DNA of 64,000 nt from Bacillota bacterium. GTDB taxonomy: Bacteria > Bacillota > Clostridia > Ch29. The stretch spans positions 1,833 to 65,832 of the forward strand of contig JAQUCT010000004.1 in the NCBI GenBank assembly GCA_028686075.1, read 5' to 3'. Position numbers and translations under genes: made by a program. Below are positions 55,086 through 64,000 of this stretch, piece after piece. The notes under the pieces are model-generated. The model was not told the DNA's origin. It saw nothing but the letters and a program-made list of their open reading frames with translations, and searched no databases. Each line of letters opens with the position of its first letter. Position 1 is the first letter of the stretch.

Positions 55086-55865
55086 GTGGTAAATATTTTC
55101 AGGGTAGACCTAAACAGTGACCTAGGAGAAAGCTTTGGAAGCTACGTGCTTGGAATGGATGAACAGGTAATAAAACACGTCACATCGGTAAACGTTGCCT
55201 GCGGATGGCATGGAGGGGACCCGCTCGTTATGGACAGAACGGTAAAAACGGCCCTCCGGGAGGGTGCGGCCATAGGAGCACATCCCGGTTTCCCGGACCT
55301 TTTGGGTTTTGGAAGAAGAAACCTGGCCGCCACACCGGAAGAGGTAAAGGCATACGTAAAGTACCAGTTGGGAGCCCTTATGGCCTTTGCAAAGGCAAGC
55401 GGGACAGCGATTCAGCATGTAAAGGTCCACGGAGCACTGTACAATATGGCGGCAAAGGACTTCAAACTGGCAGCGGCCATAGCCGGGGCAATCCATGAAG
55501 TGGACAGGGACATAATTCTGATGGGCCTTGCCAACAGCGAGATGATTAATGCCGGAAGGGAAATGAGACTTAAAACAGCTAATGAAGTGTTTGCCGACAG
55601 GGCCTACAACCCCGATGGGACCCTGGTGTCAAGAAGACTTCCGGACGCGATGATTCACGATATCGAACTTGCCCTGTCCAGGGTCATAGGTATGGTAAAG
55701 GAAGGAAAGGTAAGGGCTGTGAACGGTCAGGACATCGAAATAAAGGCAGACTCAATCTGCGTTCACGGCGACAACCCGGAAGCGGTGGAGTTTACAAGAA
55801 AAATAAGGGCCAGATTAGAAGAAGAGGGCGTAGAAGTAACCGCCGTTTCTAATTTTATTAAATAA
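55086..55865 (+). CDS. pxpA: 5-oxoprolinase subunit A (LamB/YcsF family)
   Basis: [12 protein letters not shown]..., 259 aa; GTG start. Confidence 0.85.
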   Translation: MVNIFRVDLNSDLGESFGSYVLGMDEQVIKHVTSVNVACGWHGGDPLVMDRTVKTALREGAAIGAHPGFPDLLGFGRRNLAATPEEVKAYVKYQLGALMAFAKASGTAIQHVKVHGALYNMAAKDFKLAAAIAGAIHEVDRDIILMGLANSEMINAGREMRLKTANEVFADRAYNPDGTLVSRRLPDAMIHDIELALSRVIGMVKEGKVRAVNGQDIEIKADSICVHGDNPEAVEFTRKIRARLEEEGVEVTAVSNFIK

Positions 55866-55881
55866 AATGGAGGGATTTTGA

Positions 55882-57099
55882 ATGGGTTCCAACAAAAAAG
55901 ATTCGGACCTTAAGAAAAAGGCCAGCGTTTTGCTGGGGGCAGCCTTCATTATGGCTACATCGGCAATAGGGCCGGGATTTTTGACCCAGACTGCCGCCTT
56001 CACCGAGCAGTATAAAGCAGACTTTGCATTTGTTATACTGTTTTCAATCCTTCTTGCCCTGGGTGCTCAATTAAACGTATGGAGGGTTATAGGTGTTTCG
56101 GGGTTAAGGGGCCAGGACATTGCAAACAAAGTACTGCCCGGTCTTGGTTATTTTTTGGCCATTCTTGTGGCCTTGGGCGGACTGGCCTTTAATATAGGAA
56201 ACATAGGCGGTGCTTCCCTGGGCATAAACGCACTTCTGGGGATTGACATGAATGTAGCGGCAGTTATAAGCGGTATTATAGGTGTCCTGATATTCCTTTC
56301 AAAGGATGCGGGCCCCGTGATGGATAAGTTCACCAAGATTCTTGGAATGCTTATGATAATAGTAGTAGGCTATGTTACCTTCACATCAAAACCGCCTGTG
56401 GGAGAAGCCCTTTTAAGAAGCATCTCCCCCGAAAACCCGGGAGCACTGCTGTTCCCCACCATTACGCTGCTGGGCGGAACGGTCGGGGGCTACATAACCT
56501 TTGCCGGAGGCCACAGGCTTATTGACGCCGGCATAGCCGGAAAAGAAAACCTTGACCAAATCACCAGGAGTTCACTAACGGGAATCCTCGTTGCAACCAT
56601 CATGCGTGTCCTGTTGTTCCTGGCCATATTGGGGGTTGTCAGCAAGGGCCTGGCCCTTGACCCCACAAACCCGGCGGCTTCGGCTTTCCAGCATGGTGCC
56701 GGAACAATAGGTTACAAATTCTTCGGCATAGTTTTATGGTCGGCGGGTATCACCTCGGTAATAGGAGCAGCCTTTACCTCGGTATCCTTCTTAAAGACGC
56801 TGCATCCGCTTATCGGTAAATACGAAAAATATGTCATATGCAGCTTTATAATAGCTTCAACGCTTATAATGGTCCTGGTGGGCAGCCCGGCCAAGCTGCT
56901 TATCCTTGCAGGTTCCCTCAACGGGCTTATTCTGCCTGTAACCCTGGGAACCATGCTACTGGCTTCCAAAAGGAAGGATATTATAGGCGATTACAAACAT
57001 CCTACCTGGCTTTTATTGTTCGGAATAGTTATCGTACTGGTGGCCGGTTATTCGGGGATACTGTCGCTTAGGAATATGGCAAACTTGATACCTAGATAA
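55882..57099 (+). CDS. ycsG: NRAMP-like membrane transporter, YcsG family
   Basis: 405 aa polytopic; position between pxpA and pxpB as in the B. subtilis ycsFGI-kipIA operon. Confidence 0.6.
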   Translation: MGSNKKDSDLKKKASVLLGAAFIMATSAIGPGFLTQTAAFTEQYKADFAFVILFSILLALGAQLNVWRVIGVSGLRGQDIANKVLPGLGYFLAILVALGGLAFNIGNIGGASLGINALLGIDMNVAAVISGIIGVLIFLSKDAGPVMDKFTKILGMLMIIVVGYVTFTSKPPVGEALLRSISPENPGALLFPTITLLGGTVGGYITFAGGHRLIDAGIAGKENLDQITRSSLTGILVATIMRVLLFLAILGVVSKGLALDPTNPAASAFQHGAGTIGYKFFGIVLWSAGITSVIGAAFTSVSFLKTLHPLIGKYEKYVICSFIIASTLIMVLVGSPAKLLILAGSLNGLILPVTLGTMLLASKRKDIIGDYKHPTWLLLFGIVIVLVAGYSGILSLRNMANLIPR

Positions 57100-57261
57100 A
57101 TATATATAACGCACTTGAACGTTACATCCCCTAGCATGTCATCCTGAGCGGTAGCGAAGGATCTTGCTATAGCTAAATGTCTATCTCCAATAAGATTCTT
57201 CGGGCTTCGCCCTCAGAATGACGGACAAAAGAATGTAATATTATTAATGCGTTGTATATAG
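57100..57261 (+). repeat. MITE/REP-like element copy R9 (forward, intact TIRs) inside the pxp operon
   Basis: TATATATAACGCACTTGAACGTTACATCCCCTAGCATGTCATCCTGAGCGGTAGCGAAGGATC...GATTCTTCGGGCTTCGCCCTCAGAATGAC...GAATGTAATATTATTAATGCGTTGTATATA. Confidence 0.9.
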
Positions 57262-57365
57262 ATTTCTTTGGTTAAACATACAGGCATCCGGAAACAGTGG
57301 AGCTAACCAACCGTACGGCCGGATGCCTTAACGCCAAACAAAGAAAAAGTCAGGGGGGAGGCATA

Positions 57366-58127
57366 TTGTATAAGCAGACAAAATATCTTGTGACCGGAGA
57401 TAGGGCACTGGTAATGGAGTTTGGGAACTCTATCTCGGAGGAAATAAACAGCAGGATAAGGTCTGTAGGAATAGCCATAGAAAAAAGTGGGATTAACGGG
57501 ATAACCGAAATAGTACCAACCTACAGGTCTCTTATGGTACATTACGACCCTATGGTTATTGAGTACGACGTCCTTTTGGAAAAGTTGGCGACTCTAGAAG
57601 AGCAGCTTGAAAGTGTAGAACTTCCGTCACCCTGTACCTATGAAATCCCAACGCTTTACGGTGGCGAATTCGGGCCGGACATGGAAAACGTGGCGAAACA
57701 CAATGAGCTGACGAAGGAACAAGTTATTGAGATTCACACCTCAAGGGACTACCTCATTTATATGCTGGGATTTACGCCGGGGTTTCCCTATCTGGGAGGA
57801 ATGGACGAAAGAATCGCCACACCTAGGCTTAAAATCCCAAGGACAAGAATTGACGCAGGCTCGGTTGGGATTGCCTCGGCCCAAACCGGTGTATATCCAA
57901 TAGATAGTCCCGGAGGCTGGCAGCTTATTGGCAGGACCCCCATAAAGCTGTATGACCCCTACAGGGAAAACCCCATTCTGCTTAAGGCGGGAAATTATAT
58001 CCGGTTCATAAGGATTGACCGGGAAGAATACGACAGAATAAAGGAAGAAGTGGCCAAAGGAACGTACCGGTATATAATCCGCAACGGGGGGGGGCGGACA
58101 ACAGAATGGGAAATGTTAAGATTATAA
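57366..58127 (+). CDS. pxpB: 5-oxoprolinase subunit B (KipI/allophanate hydrolase subunit 1 family)
   Basis: TTG start after SD GGGGGAGG; cyclophilin-like KipI domain. Confidence 0.8.
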   Translation: MYKQTKYLVTGDRALVMEFGNSISEEINSRIRSVGIAIEKSGINGITEIVPTYRSLMVHYDPMVIEYDVLLEKLATLEEQLESVELPSPCTYEIPTLYGGEFGPDMENVAKHNELTKEQVIEIHTSRDYLIYMLGFTPGFPYLGGMDERIATPRLKIPRTRIDAGSVGIASAQTGVYPIDSPGGWQLIGRTPIKLYDPYRENPILLKAGNYIRFIRIDREEYDRIKEEVAKGTYRYIIRNGGGRTTEWEMLRL

Positions 58128-59137
58128 ACCCGGGCCTTATAACTCTGGTTGAGGACAGCGGAAGGTACGGGTACCAGCAATACGGAGTTCCCGTCTCCGG
58201 CGTGATGGACAGCTATTCCTACAGATTGGGCAATATACTGGTCGGCAATAAAGAAGGGGCGGCGGTTCTGGAGGCAGCCATGATGGGCCCAACCATTGAG
58301 TTTTCCGACCAAATGGTCATTGCCATAACCGGCGGTAATCTGTCCCCCACTCTAAACGGCTCCGCTATACCCATGTGGCAGAGCATCCTTGTAAATAAAG
58401 GAGACCGTCTTATCTTTACTGGTTTAAGAGCGGGGTGCAGAAGCTATATCGCATTCTCCGGTGGGATAGACGTACCCGAAGTTATGGGCAGTAAATCCAC
58501 TTATACAAGGGGAAGGATAGGAGGATACAACGGAAGGGCACTAAAGAGCGGGGACCTACTCGGAGTTAGGCACCCCGGAGAGGACCCGGGACGGCTTAGC
58601 GGCATAAAGGTGCCTGACGAGTATATTCCGGATTATCCGAATACACTGGAATTAAGGGTAATAATAGGCCCCCAGGACGACCATTTTACCTTAGAAGGCA
58701 TGCAAGCCTTTTTGTCGGAGCAATATGAGGTAACCAGCGAATGTGACAGGATGGGATATAGGTTAAAGGGCAAAAAGATTGAACACGTTAAGAGCGGAGA
58801 CATTATTTCGGATGGAATCGCAATGGGGGCGGTCCAGGTGCCGGGCCACGGACAGCCAATAATAATGCTTGCCGACCGCCAGACAACCGGCGGGTACACC
58901 AAGATTGCCAACGTAATCTCCGTCGACCTGCCCAAAATAGCCCAGGCAAAACCCGGGGACAGGATAAAATTTGTAAAGGTGACGGTACGTAAGGCTCAGC
59001 AGATGCTCCGTGAAATGGAGGATAAAATAGCGGCCGTCAAAAAGGCCTGTGTACCCTGGAAGGTAGTCACTACAAGGCTTTTAACGCTTAGAATTGACGG
59101 AAAATGTTACAATGTAAAAGTGGAAGAAATCAAATAA
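58106..59137 (+). CDS. pxpC: 5-oxoprolinase subunit C (KipA/allophanate hydrolase subunit 2 family)
   Basis: 343 aa; MGNVKIINPGLITLVEDSGR... Confidence 0.85.
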   Translation: MGNVKIINPGLITLVEDSGRYGYQQYGVPVSGVMDSYSYRLGNILVGNKEGAAVLEAAMMGPTIEFSDQMVIAITGGNLSPTLNGSAIPMWQSILVNKGDRLIFTGLRAGCRSYIAFSGGIDVPEVMGSKSTYTRGRIGGYNGRALKSGDLLGVRHPGEDPGRLSGIKVPDEYIPDYPNTLELRVIIGPQDDHFTLEGMQAFLSEQYEVTSECDRMGYRLKGKKIEHVKSGDIISDGIAMGAVQVPGHGQPIIMLADRQTTGGYTKIANVISVDLPKIAQAKPGDRIKFVKVTVRKAQQMLREMEDKIAAVKKACVPWKVVTTRLLTLRIDGKCYNVKVEEIK

Positions 59138-59182
59138 TAGGCCGCACAATAAAAGGCCCTTTAGTATCTTTATGTGCATAAT

Positions 59183-59216
59183 TTAGGGCAGACCCGTAGG
59201 TCTGCCCTAAATTTCC
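59183..59216 (+). terminator. rho-independent terminator after pxpC (12-bp perfect stem)
   Basis: TTAGGGCAGACC-CGTA-GGTCTGCCCTAA + ATTTCCTTTT. Confidence 0.8.
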
Positions 59217-59222
59217 TTTTAT

Positions 59223-59245
59223 GGACAAAGAACCGTCCTCTGTCC
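59223..59245 (-). repeat. small palindromic element (H3) 10 bp downstream of the gdhA stop
   Basis: GGACAAAG-AACCGTCC-TCTGTCC. Confidence 0.6.
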
Positions 59246-59255
59246 GTTTATGTAA

Positions 59256-60512
59256 CTAATACCAGCCGCGAAGTTTCATTGCAGTCGCTACCCTCTTGAT
59301 TGCGATCATGTAGGCAGCTGTCCTCATGTCAACTCCCTTTTCTTCCTTAAGTGCCCATATGGCGTCGAAGGCCTCTTTCATTTTTATCATCTGCTTTTCC
59401 TGTACCTCTTCGAAGGTCCAGTAGTAGTTTTGCAGGTTCTGTACCCACTCAAAGTAGGATACAATAACTCCGCCCGAGTTGCATAGTATATCCGGGAACA
59501 ACGGTATTCCTCTTTGTTTAAAGACCTCGTCCCCTTCGGGTGTGGTCGGGCCGTTTGCTCCTTCAACCACCAGCTTGGCTTTAACATTGCCAGCGGTTTC
59601 GGCGGTCAGTTGGTTTTCCATGGCGCAGGGGAGTAAAATATCTACTTCCATTCCCAGTACATCCTCCCTGGGAAGCTCCTTGCCGCCGCCGGGGAAACCG
59701 GTTATAAGGAATTTATTGGTCTTTACATATTCCCTAAGGGCATTAACATCAATTCCATCTTCATTGTACAGCGTACAGGAAACGTCCGAAATGGCAACCA
59801 CTTTTGCACCAAGCTCGCTGAGGTATTTGCAGGTAAAGCTTCCTACGTTGCCAAAGCCCTGTACAGCTACTTTAGCACCTTCGAATTTCACTCCTACTTT
59901 GCCGGCGGCCATTTTTGCCATCATGGCAATTCCATAACCCGTTGCTTCGGTTCTTGCCAGAGAGCCACCAAATTCTACAGGCTTTCCGGTAATAACACCC
60001 ATCTCGGTGTACCCTCTTACCTTGCTTATCTCATCCACCATCCACGACATAACTTGACCATTGGTGCCTAAATCTGGGGCTGGAATATCCTTATTATCGC
60101 CAATAAAGTTGGCTATTGCCAATGCATATCCTCGGGCCAACCTCTCAAGTTCTCCCTGGGACAGCTTAGTCGGGTCCACTATAACTCCGCCCTTACCCCC
60201 GCCGTAGGGAGTACCGGTAACACCGCATTTGAACGTCATCCACATAGACAAAGCCTTTACCTCGTCCATTGTGACATCCTGGTGGAATCTTACGCCACCC
60301 TTCGCCGGCCCTACCGCATCGTTGTGCTGTGCCCTGTAACCTATGAAGGTTTTTAGCTCACCATTGTCCATCCTCACAGGTATACATACTTCCATGGTTC
60401 TCAGAGGCTGTTTGATAATTTCATAAACAGCCGGTTCCGTACCTAGCTTGTCGCATGCTGCTTTAATCTGCTGCTGGGCAATTTCGAAAGGGTTCAAAGT
60501 CTTTTCCGCCAT
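59256..60512 (-). CDS. gdhA: NAD(P)-specific glutamate dehydrogenase
   Basis: GPAKGGVRFH...K..GGGKGG motifs; 418 aa. Confidence 0.92.
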   Translation of the reverse strand: MAEKTLNPFEIAQQQIKAACDKLGTEPAVYEIIKQPLRTMEVCIPVRMDNGELKTFIGYRAQHNDAVGPAKGGVRFHQDVTMDEVKALSMWMTFKCGVTGTPYGGGKGGVIVDPTKLSQGELERLARGYALAIANFIGDNKDIPAPDLGTNGQVMSWMVDEISKVRGYTEMGVITGKPVEFGGSLARTEATGYGIAMMAKMAAGKVGVKFEGAKVAVQGFGNVGSFTCKYLSELGAKVVAISDVSCTLYNEDGIDVNALREYVKTNKFLITGFPGGGKELPREDVLGMEVDILLPCAMENQLTAETAGNVKAKLVVEGANGPTTPEGDEVFKQRGIPLFPDILCNSGGVIVSYFEWVQNLQNYYWTFEEVQEKQMIKMKEAFDAIWALKEEKGVDMRTAAYMIAIKRVATAMKLRGWY

Positions 60513-60703
60513 ATTATAGCCTCCTTATATATTTTATTTAAAACTTAAAGCAAAACCCAAAAAAACCTAGTATCTTCCTGGGAGACCTGCCTGACATATA
60601 ACAGACAATCCCCTAACTTGAATTATAACATATTAAAAAAAATTGTAAACCTTAAAAAAACGTTGCAAACGGTATATACGTGTAGGATTAATTGCTTTCT
60701 ATT

Positions 60704-61516
60704 CTACTCTATTATCAAACTTTTGACCGTTACATTGATTGCCAGCACGTTCAGCGAGGTCATATATTCAATCTCGGATTTAATTATATCTTTCATCGCC
60801 GCTACCCGCCCCCCTATTGCAATTCCGTATTTGACCGCCACATCGGTATTAAGTACAATACCATGGGGATAAATAGCAACCTCTGTATTATATATCCTGC
60901 CTATACCGTCAATTTTTTTTGCGGCGGCCAGAGCTATCTGAATTATTGCCCGGCCGTATATAGTATACCTTCCCAGATAGCTGTATGTGGGCCGGACCAC
61001 TGTTTTCTCATCAACTGTAACGGAATCATCCCTCCTTTTGGTGAATATTTTAAGCGTGTCCAGGAAGTACCCGGAAAAGTCCTTCTTTACCTCCAGGGTG
61101 GGAACGGGTATTACGTGTTTACCCTTTAGGAATCTCTGCTGACGGGCAAGCTTTATTTCTTCGCTGGAAGCAATATCTTCTATATAAAACCGGGTTTGGG
61201 GTGCGGGAATACTCAGGGCCTGGGTTATTCTGTCCACCATCCCGTCAGAGGTGCCCAGAATAAGTACTCGCCCAGGTTTATGACGCCTTATTGCCTCGGC
61301 CACTTCCTCCCGATGCTGCGGCTCCATAAAAAGAGCCCTTCTTACAGCCGCTATTTTGGTAGGCTCTTTTTTGGCCGAGGCTCCCGCTATAATCTTATTG
61401 CCCTTTATAAACAGACCGTCGTCTATTACGTATTCTATATTGTTCTCCTTAGCAACCAGTAAAGCCTTGTAGCTTTTGCCGGTCCCGCTAATACCTACTA
61501 GCGACGTTACCTGCAT
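60704..61516 (-). CDS. P-loop (GISGTGKS) N-domain fused to an Asp23/alkaline-shock-like C-domain; function unknown
   Basis: N-terminal Walker A resembling HPr-kinase-type P-loops; C-terminal ...IALAAAKKIDGIGRI...VAIGGRVAAMKDIIKSEIEYMTSLNV...VNVTVKSL fits the Asp23 family. ATG after SD GGAGGAG. Confidence 0.5.
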   Translation of the reverse strand: MQVTSLVGISGTGKSYKALLVAKENNIEYVIDDGLFIKGNKIIAGASAKKEPTKIAAVRRALFMEPQHREEVAEAIRRHKPGRVLILGTSDGMVDRITQALSIPAPQTRFYIEDIASSEEIKLARQQRFLKGKHVIPVPTLEVKKDFSGYFLDTLKIFTKRRDDSVTVDEKTVVRPTYSYLGRYTIYGRAIIQIALAAAKKIDGIGRIYNTEVAIYPHGIVLNTDVAVKYGIAIGGRVAAMKDIIKSEIEYMTSLNVLAINVTVKSLIIE

Positions 61517-61604
61517 AGGCACTCCTCCCCTTCGCCTTAAAACACCAAAACCGCAGTAGACAAATGCTATCCAAACGTCTGCGGCGTGTTTACCGGGGTT
61601 ACTG

Positions 61605-62258
61605 TTACTGGGCGTTTTCCATTCTGTCCCTTTCGTTCATAAGATAGGCCAAAACCATGAGGCTTTCGCTCAATTGCACGTTCTCAACTATTACGTTTTC
61701 GGGTACTTCAAGGTCGGTGGGCGCAAAATTCCAGATTGCCTTAATACCTTCCCCGGTCAGCCTTTTGGCGACGCTCTGGGCACCCTCTTTAGGTGTACAT
61801 ATTATACCCACATTAATATCGGTATTTTCTATAAACTCTCCCATGTCATCAATATCCATTATTTTTATGTCCCCGATGCTTATACCCACAAGCCGCGGGT
61901 TTATATCGAACATCGCCTTCAATACAAAGCCGGAGCCCCTGAATCCGCTGTAGTTAGCTATTGCCTGGCCGAGGTTGCCGGCACCTACTATTATAGCATT
62001 ATTGGGTTTGTGAAGGCCAAGGATGTTGGCAATTTCGTCCCTTAATTCCCTTACGTTATAACCATAACCCTGCTGGCCAAAACCACCAAAGCAGTTTAAG
62101 TCCTGTCTTATCTGAGAGGCAGTAAAGCCTAAAATTTTCCCGAATTCCTTCGATGATATTCTGGTAATTCCCTTTTCCACCAACTCGTCGAGGTATCTAT
62201 AGTATTTGGGTAATCTCCTAATTACGGCCATGGATACATTAATCTTTATTTTGTCCAT
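61605..62258 (-). CDS. rex: redox-sensing transcriptional repressor Rex
   Basis: VIRRLPKYYRYL winged helix, Rossmann GAGNLG; start at MDKIK after SD GGAGGG. Confidence 0.9.
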   Translation of the reverse strand: MDKIKINVSMAVIRRLPKYYRYLDELVEKGITRISSKEFGKILGFTASQIRQDLNCFGGFGQQGYGYNVRELRDEIANILGLHKPNNAIIVGAGNLGQAIANYSGFRGSGFVLKAMFDINPRLVGISIGDIKIMDIDDMGEFIENTDINVGIICTPKEGAQSVAKRLTGEGIKAIWNFAPTDLEVPENVIVENVQLSESLMVLAYLMNERDRMENAQ

Positions 62259-62331
62259 TCTATCCCTCCTCATTCCATAGTATGTCATAGGATTAGCTAA
62301 TTACTTCCACCTCATATTTAAGTATATCAGT

Positions 62332-62349
62332 TTGTTAAATAATTACCAA
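62332..62349. promoter_or_regulatory. candidate Rex operator upstream of rex (autoregulation)
   Basis: TTGTTAAATAATTACCAA vs clostridial ROP consensus TTGTTAANNNNTTAACAA (16/18). Confidence 0.4.
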
Positions 62350-62423
62350 TATATTTTTAAAAGTTTTTCATATTTCTTTATTATTAACGGCCCTTTTGTT
62401 AAAATGGTATCTAGGTGTCAGAC

Positions 62424-62520
62424 GCTATATATAATGTGCTTAAGACTTTACATATTCTAACGTGTCATCCTGAGCGATCCTGTCATCCTGAGCGAAAGCG
62501 GAGGTGAAATACTTGTCATT
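62424..62520 (+). repeat. MITE/REP-like element copy R10 (forward, right end truncated) running into the ABC-F start region
   Basis: TATATATAATGTGCTTAAGACTTTACATATTCTAACGTGTCATCCTGAGCGATCCTGTCATCCTGAGCGAAAGCGGAGGTG. Confidence 0.85.
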
Positions 62521-64000
62521 GCTTACATGTTATAATATTACCAAAAGCTATGGTGTAGAATTAATATTAAACAATATTAATTTTCGAATACATTCCCGCA
62601 ACCGGATAGGAATCGTAGGCCCCAACGGGGCGGGCAAGTCCACTCTATTTAGGATAATATCAGGTTTAGAGCCACCGGATTCCGGAGGAATAGACATACC
62701 CGCCGGTACCGGAATTGGTTTTTTACCTCAGCATCCACAGTTTAGCTCCGGCGAAACGGTGTGGAACCACCTTGTCAAAAACTTCGCATTCCTACTGGAT
62801 ATGAAGGAAAGGTTAGGAGAACTGGAAGTCCGCATGTCCCGGGCATCCGGTGAGAATTTAAAATCGCTTATGAGAGAATACGGAGACATTACCGAAGAAT
62901 TCGCACAAAGCGGCGGCTACGAATACAAAAGCCAGATAAGGGGTGCCCTCAAAGGTTTAGGTCTGGAAGAAGCCCAGTTTGAAATGCCCATTGACCTTTT
63001 AAGCGGCGGACAGCAGACCAGGGTTGCGCTGGCGGAGCTACTTCTTAAAAAGAATCGCCTTCTGCTGCTGGACGAGCCCACCAACTATCTGGACCTTAGT
63101 GCGGTGGAATGGCTAGAGAACTTCTTGGCCGGATACGACGGAGCGGTAATGGCGATATCCCACGACAGATACTTTCTGGACAGGGTATGCACCGGAATCT
63201 TCGAATTAAGCGGCACCGCTCTTTACGAGTTCCAGGGCAACTATACCGACCACCTGGCCCAGAAGAAAGTAATGCTAGACCTCCAGACCAGGGAATACAA
63301 GAATAAGCAGGAAGAGATAAAAAAACAACAAGAGATAATCCAAAGGTTAAAGTCCTACAACAGGGAAAAAACCGTAAGAAGAGCGAGAAGCCGTGAAAAA
63401 CTGCTTTCACGGATGCAGCTTCCGGACAAACCTACGGGGGACACTAAAAAGGTCGCGATAAAACTTGAGCCCCTTGTAAAAAGCGGCCGGGATGCACTTA
63501 TCCTTGAAGACGTTGGCGTATCCTTTTCCGGCAAAGAACTCTTTACCGGCGTTAGTCTTAAGGTGTATCGCGGAGAGACAATAGGCATAATTGGCCCAAA
63601 CGGTGTCGGCAAGACCACTCTCTTTAATGTAATATCCGGTGCTCTTAATCCAATGTCCGGGAAAGTAATAAGAGGCCACAATGCCAATATTGAATACTAC
63701 CACCAGCAGCAGGAAAGCTTAAACCCCTCCAATACGGTGCTGGACGAGTTGTGGAACCAAAACCCCCGTCTCGGAAGTACCGAAATACGCAACATACTGG
63801 GAGCATTTTTGTTTAGCGGTGACGATGTGTACAAGACCATAGACTGCCTAAGCGGCGGTGAAAGGAGCAGGGTGGCCCTGGCAAAACTTATGCTCTCACG
63901 GTCAAACCTTCTGCTTCTGGACGAGCCTACAAATCATCTTGATATACAGTCAAGGCAGGCTCTCGAGGACGCGCTGGACGACTATACCGGCACGGTACTG
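62513..64000 (+). CDS. ABC-F family ATPase (EttA/Uup-like, two ABC cassettes), 3' end beyond window
   Basis: TTG start 6 nt after SD GGAGGTG; GPNGAGKST ... LSGGQQTRVALA ... inter-domain linker ... GPNGVGKTT ... LSGGERSRVALA. Not in the ORF track because it runs off the edge. Confidence 0.85.
   Translation, partial: MSLLTCYNITKSYGVELILNNINFRIHSRNRIGIVGPNGAGKSTLFRIISGLEPPDSGGIDIPAGTGIGFLPQHPQFSSGETVWNHLVKNFAFLLDMKERLGELEVRMSRASGENLKSLMREYGDITEEFAQSGGYEYKSQIRGALKGLGLEEAQFEMPIDLLSGGQQTRVALAELLLKKNRLLLLDEPTNYLDLSAVEWLENFLAGYDGAVMAISHDRYFLDRVCTGIFELSGTALYEFQGNYTDHLAQKKVMLDLQTREYKNKQEEIKKQQEIIQRLKSYNREKTVRRARSREKLLSRMQLPDKPTGDTKKVAIKLEPLVKSGRDALILEDVGVSFSGKELFTGVSLKVYRGETIGIIGPNGVGKTTLFNVISGALNPMSGKVIRGHNANIEYYHQQQESLNPSNTVLDELWNQNPRLGSTEIRNILGAFLFSGDDVYKTIDCLSGGERSRVALAKLMLSRSNLLLLDEPTNHLDIQSRQALEDALDDYTGTVL

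Overview
This window is a Firmicutes (Clostridia-like, spore-former) chromosomal segment of about 50% GC, with almost all genes on the minus strand. Order along the window: proA' (partial) and proB behind a T-box leader; a long non-coding gap; a six-gene tRNA operon (Arg-Lys-Gln-His-Arg-Gly) with a near-consensus sigma-A promoter; yfcE-like phosphoesterase, rdgB, rph and gerM; a UPF0316 membrane protein; a large sporulation-type MurNAc-L-Ala amidase; an AIR-synthase-related protein; two hypotheticals including a DUF1540 small protein; gatCAB, ligA, an ArsA-like ATPase plus a small protein, and pcrA; livKHMGF; glnA with a GlnR/TnrA box; a 2-hydroxyacid dehydrogenase and yerC; purD and a purESQLFMNH operon behind a guanine riboswitch (no purK, purB or purC in the window); an archaeal-type cofactor-independent phosphoglycerate mutase; a plus-strand island with a membrane LuxR-type regulator and a secreted CuAO_N-repeat protein; a GMP-synthase synthetase-domain-only gene next to guaB; two coat-F-like genes; groESL with CIRCE; ogg; a permease; an AT-rich gene beside a C5-methyltransferase C-terminal remnant; a nitrilase-family gene; a pxpA-ycsG-pxpB-pxpC 5-oxoprolinase operon; gdhA; a P-loop/Asp23 fusion; rex; and a partial ABC-F ATPase. 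The most unusual content is non-coding. One is a dispersed 80-215 bp MITE/REP-like element with TATATATAACGC terminal inverted repeats and internal GTCATCCTGAGCG/GCGAAG hairpin units, present in 10 intergenic copies, several of them inside operons. The other is a small palindromic repeat family whose hairpin loop GGGACGGTTCT (transcribed strand) is conserved while the stems vary, found at five gene 3' ends. No CRISPR array, integrase or transposase was seen. Computations I could not run: hairpins and motifs were read by eye with no folding energies, no database searches were done, and the T-box specifier codon was not resolved.
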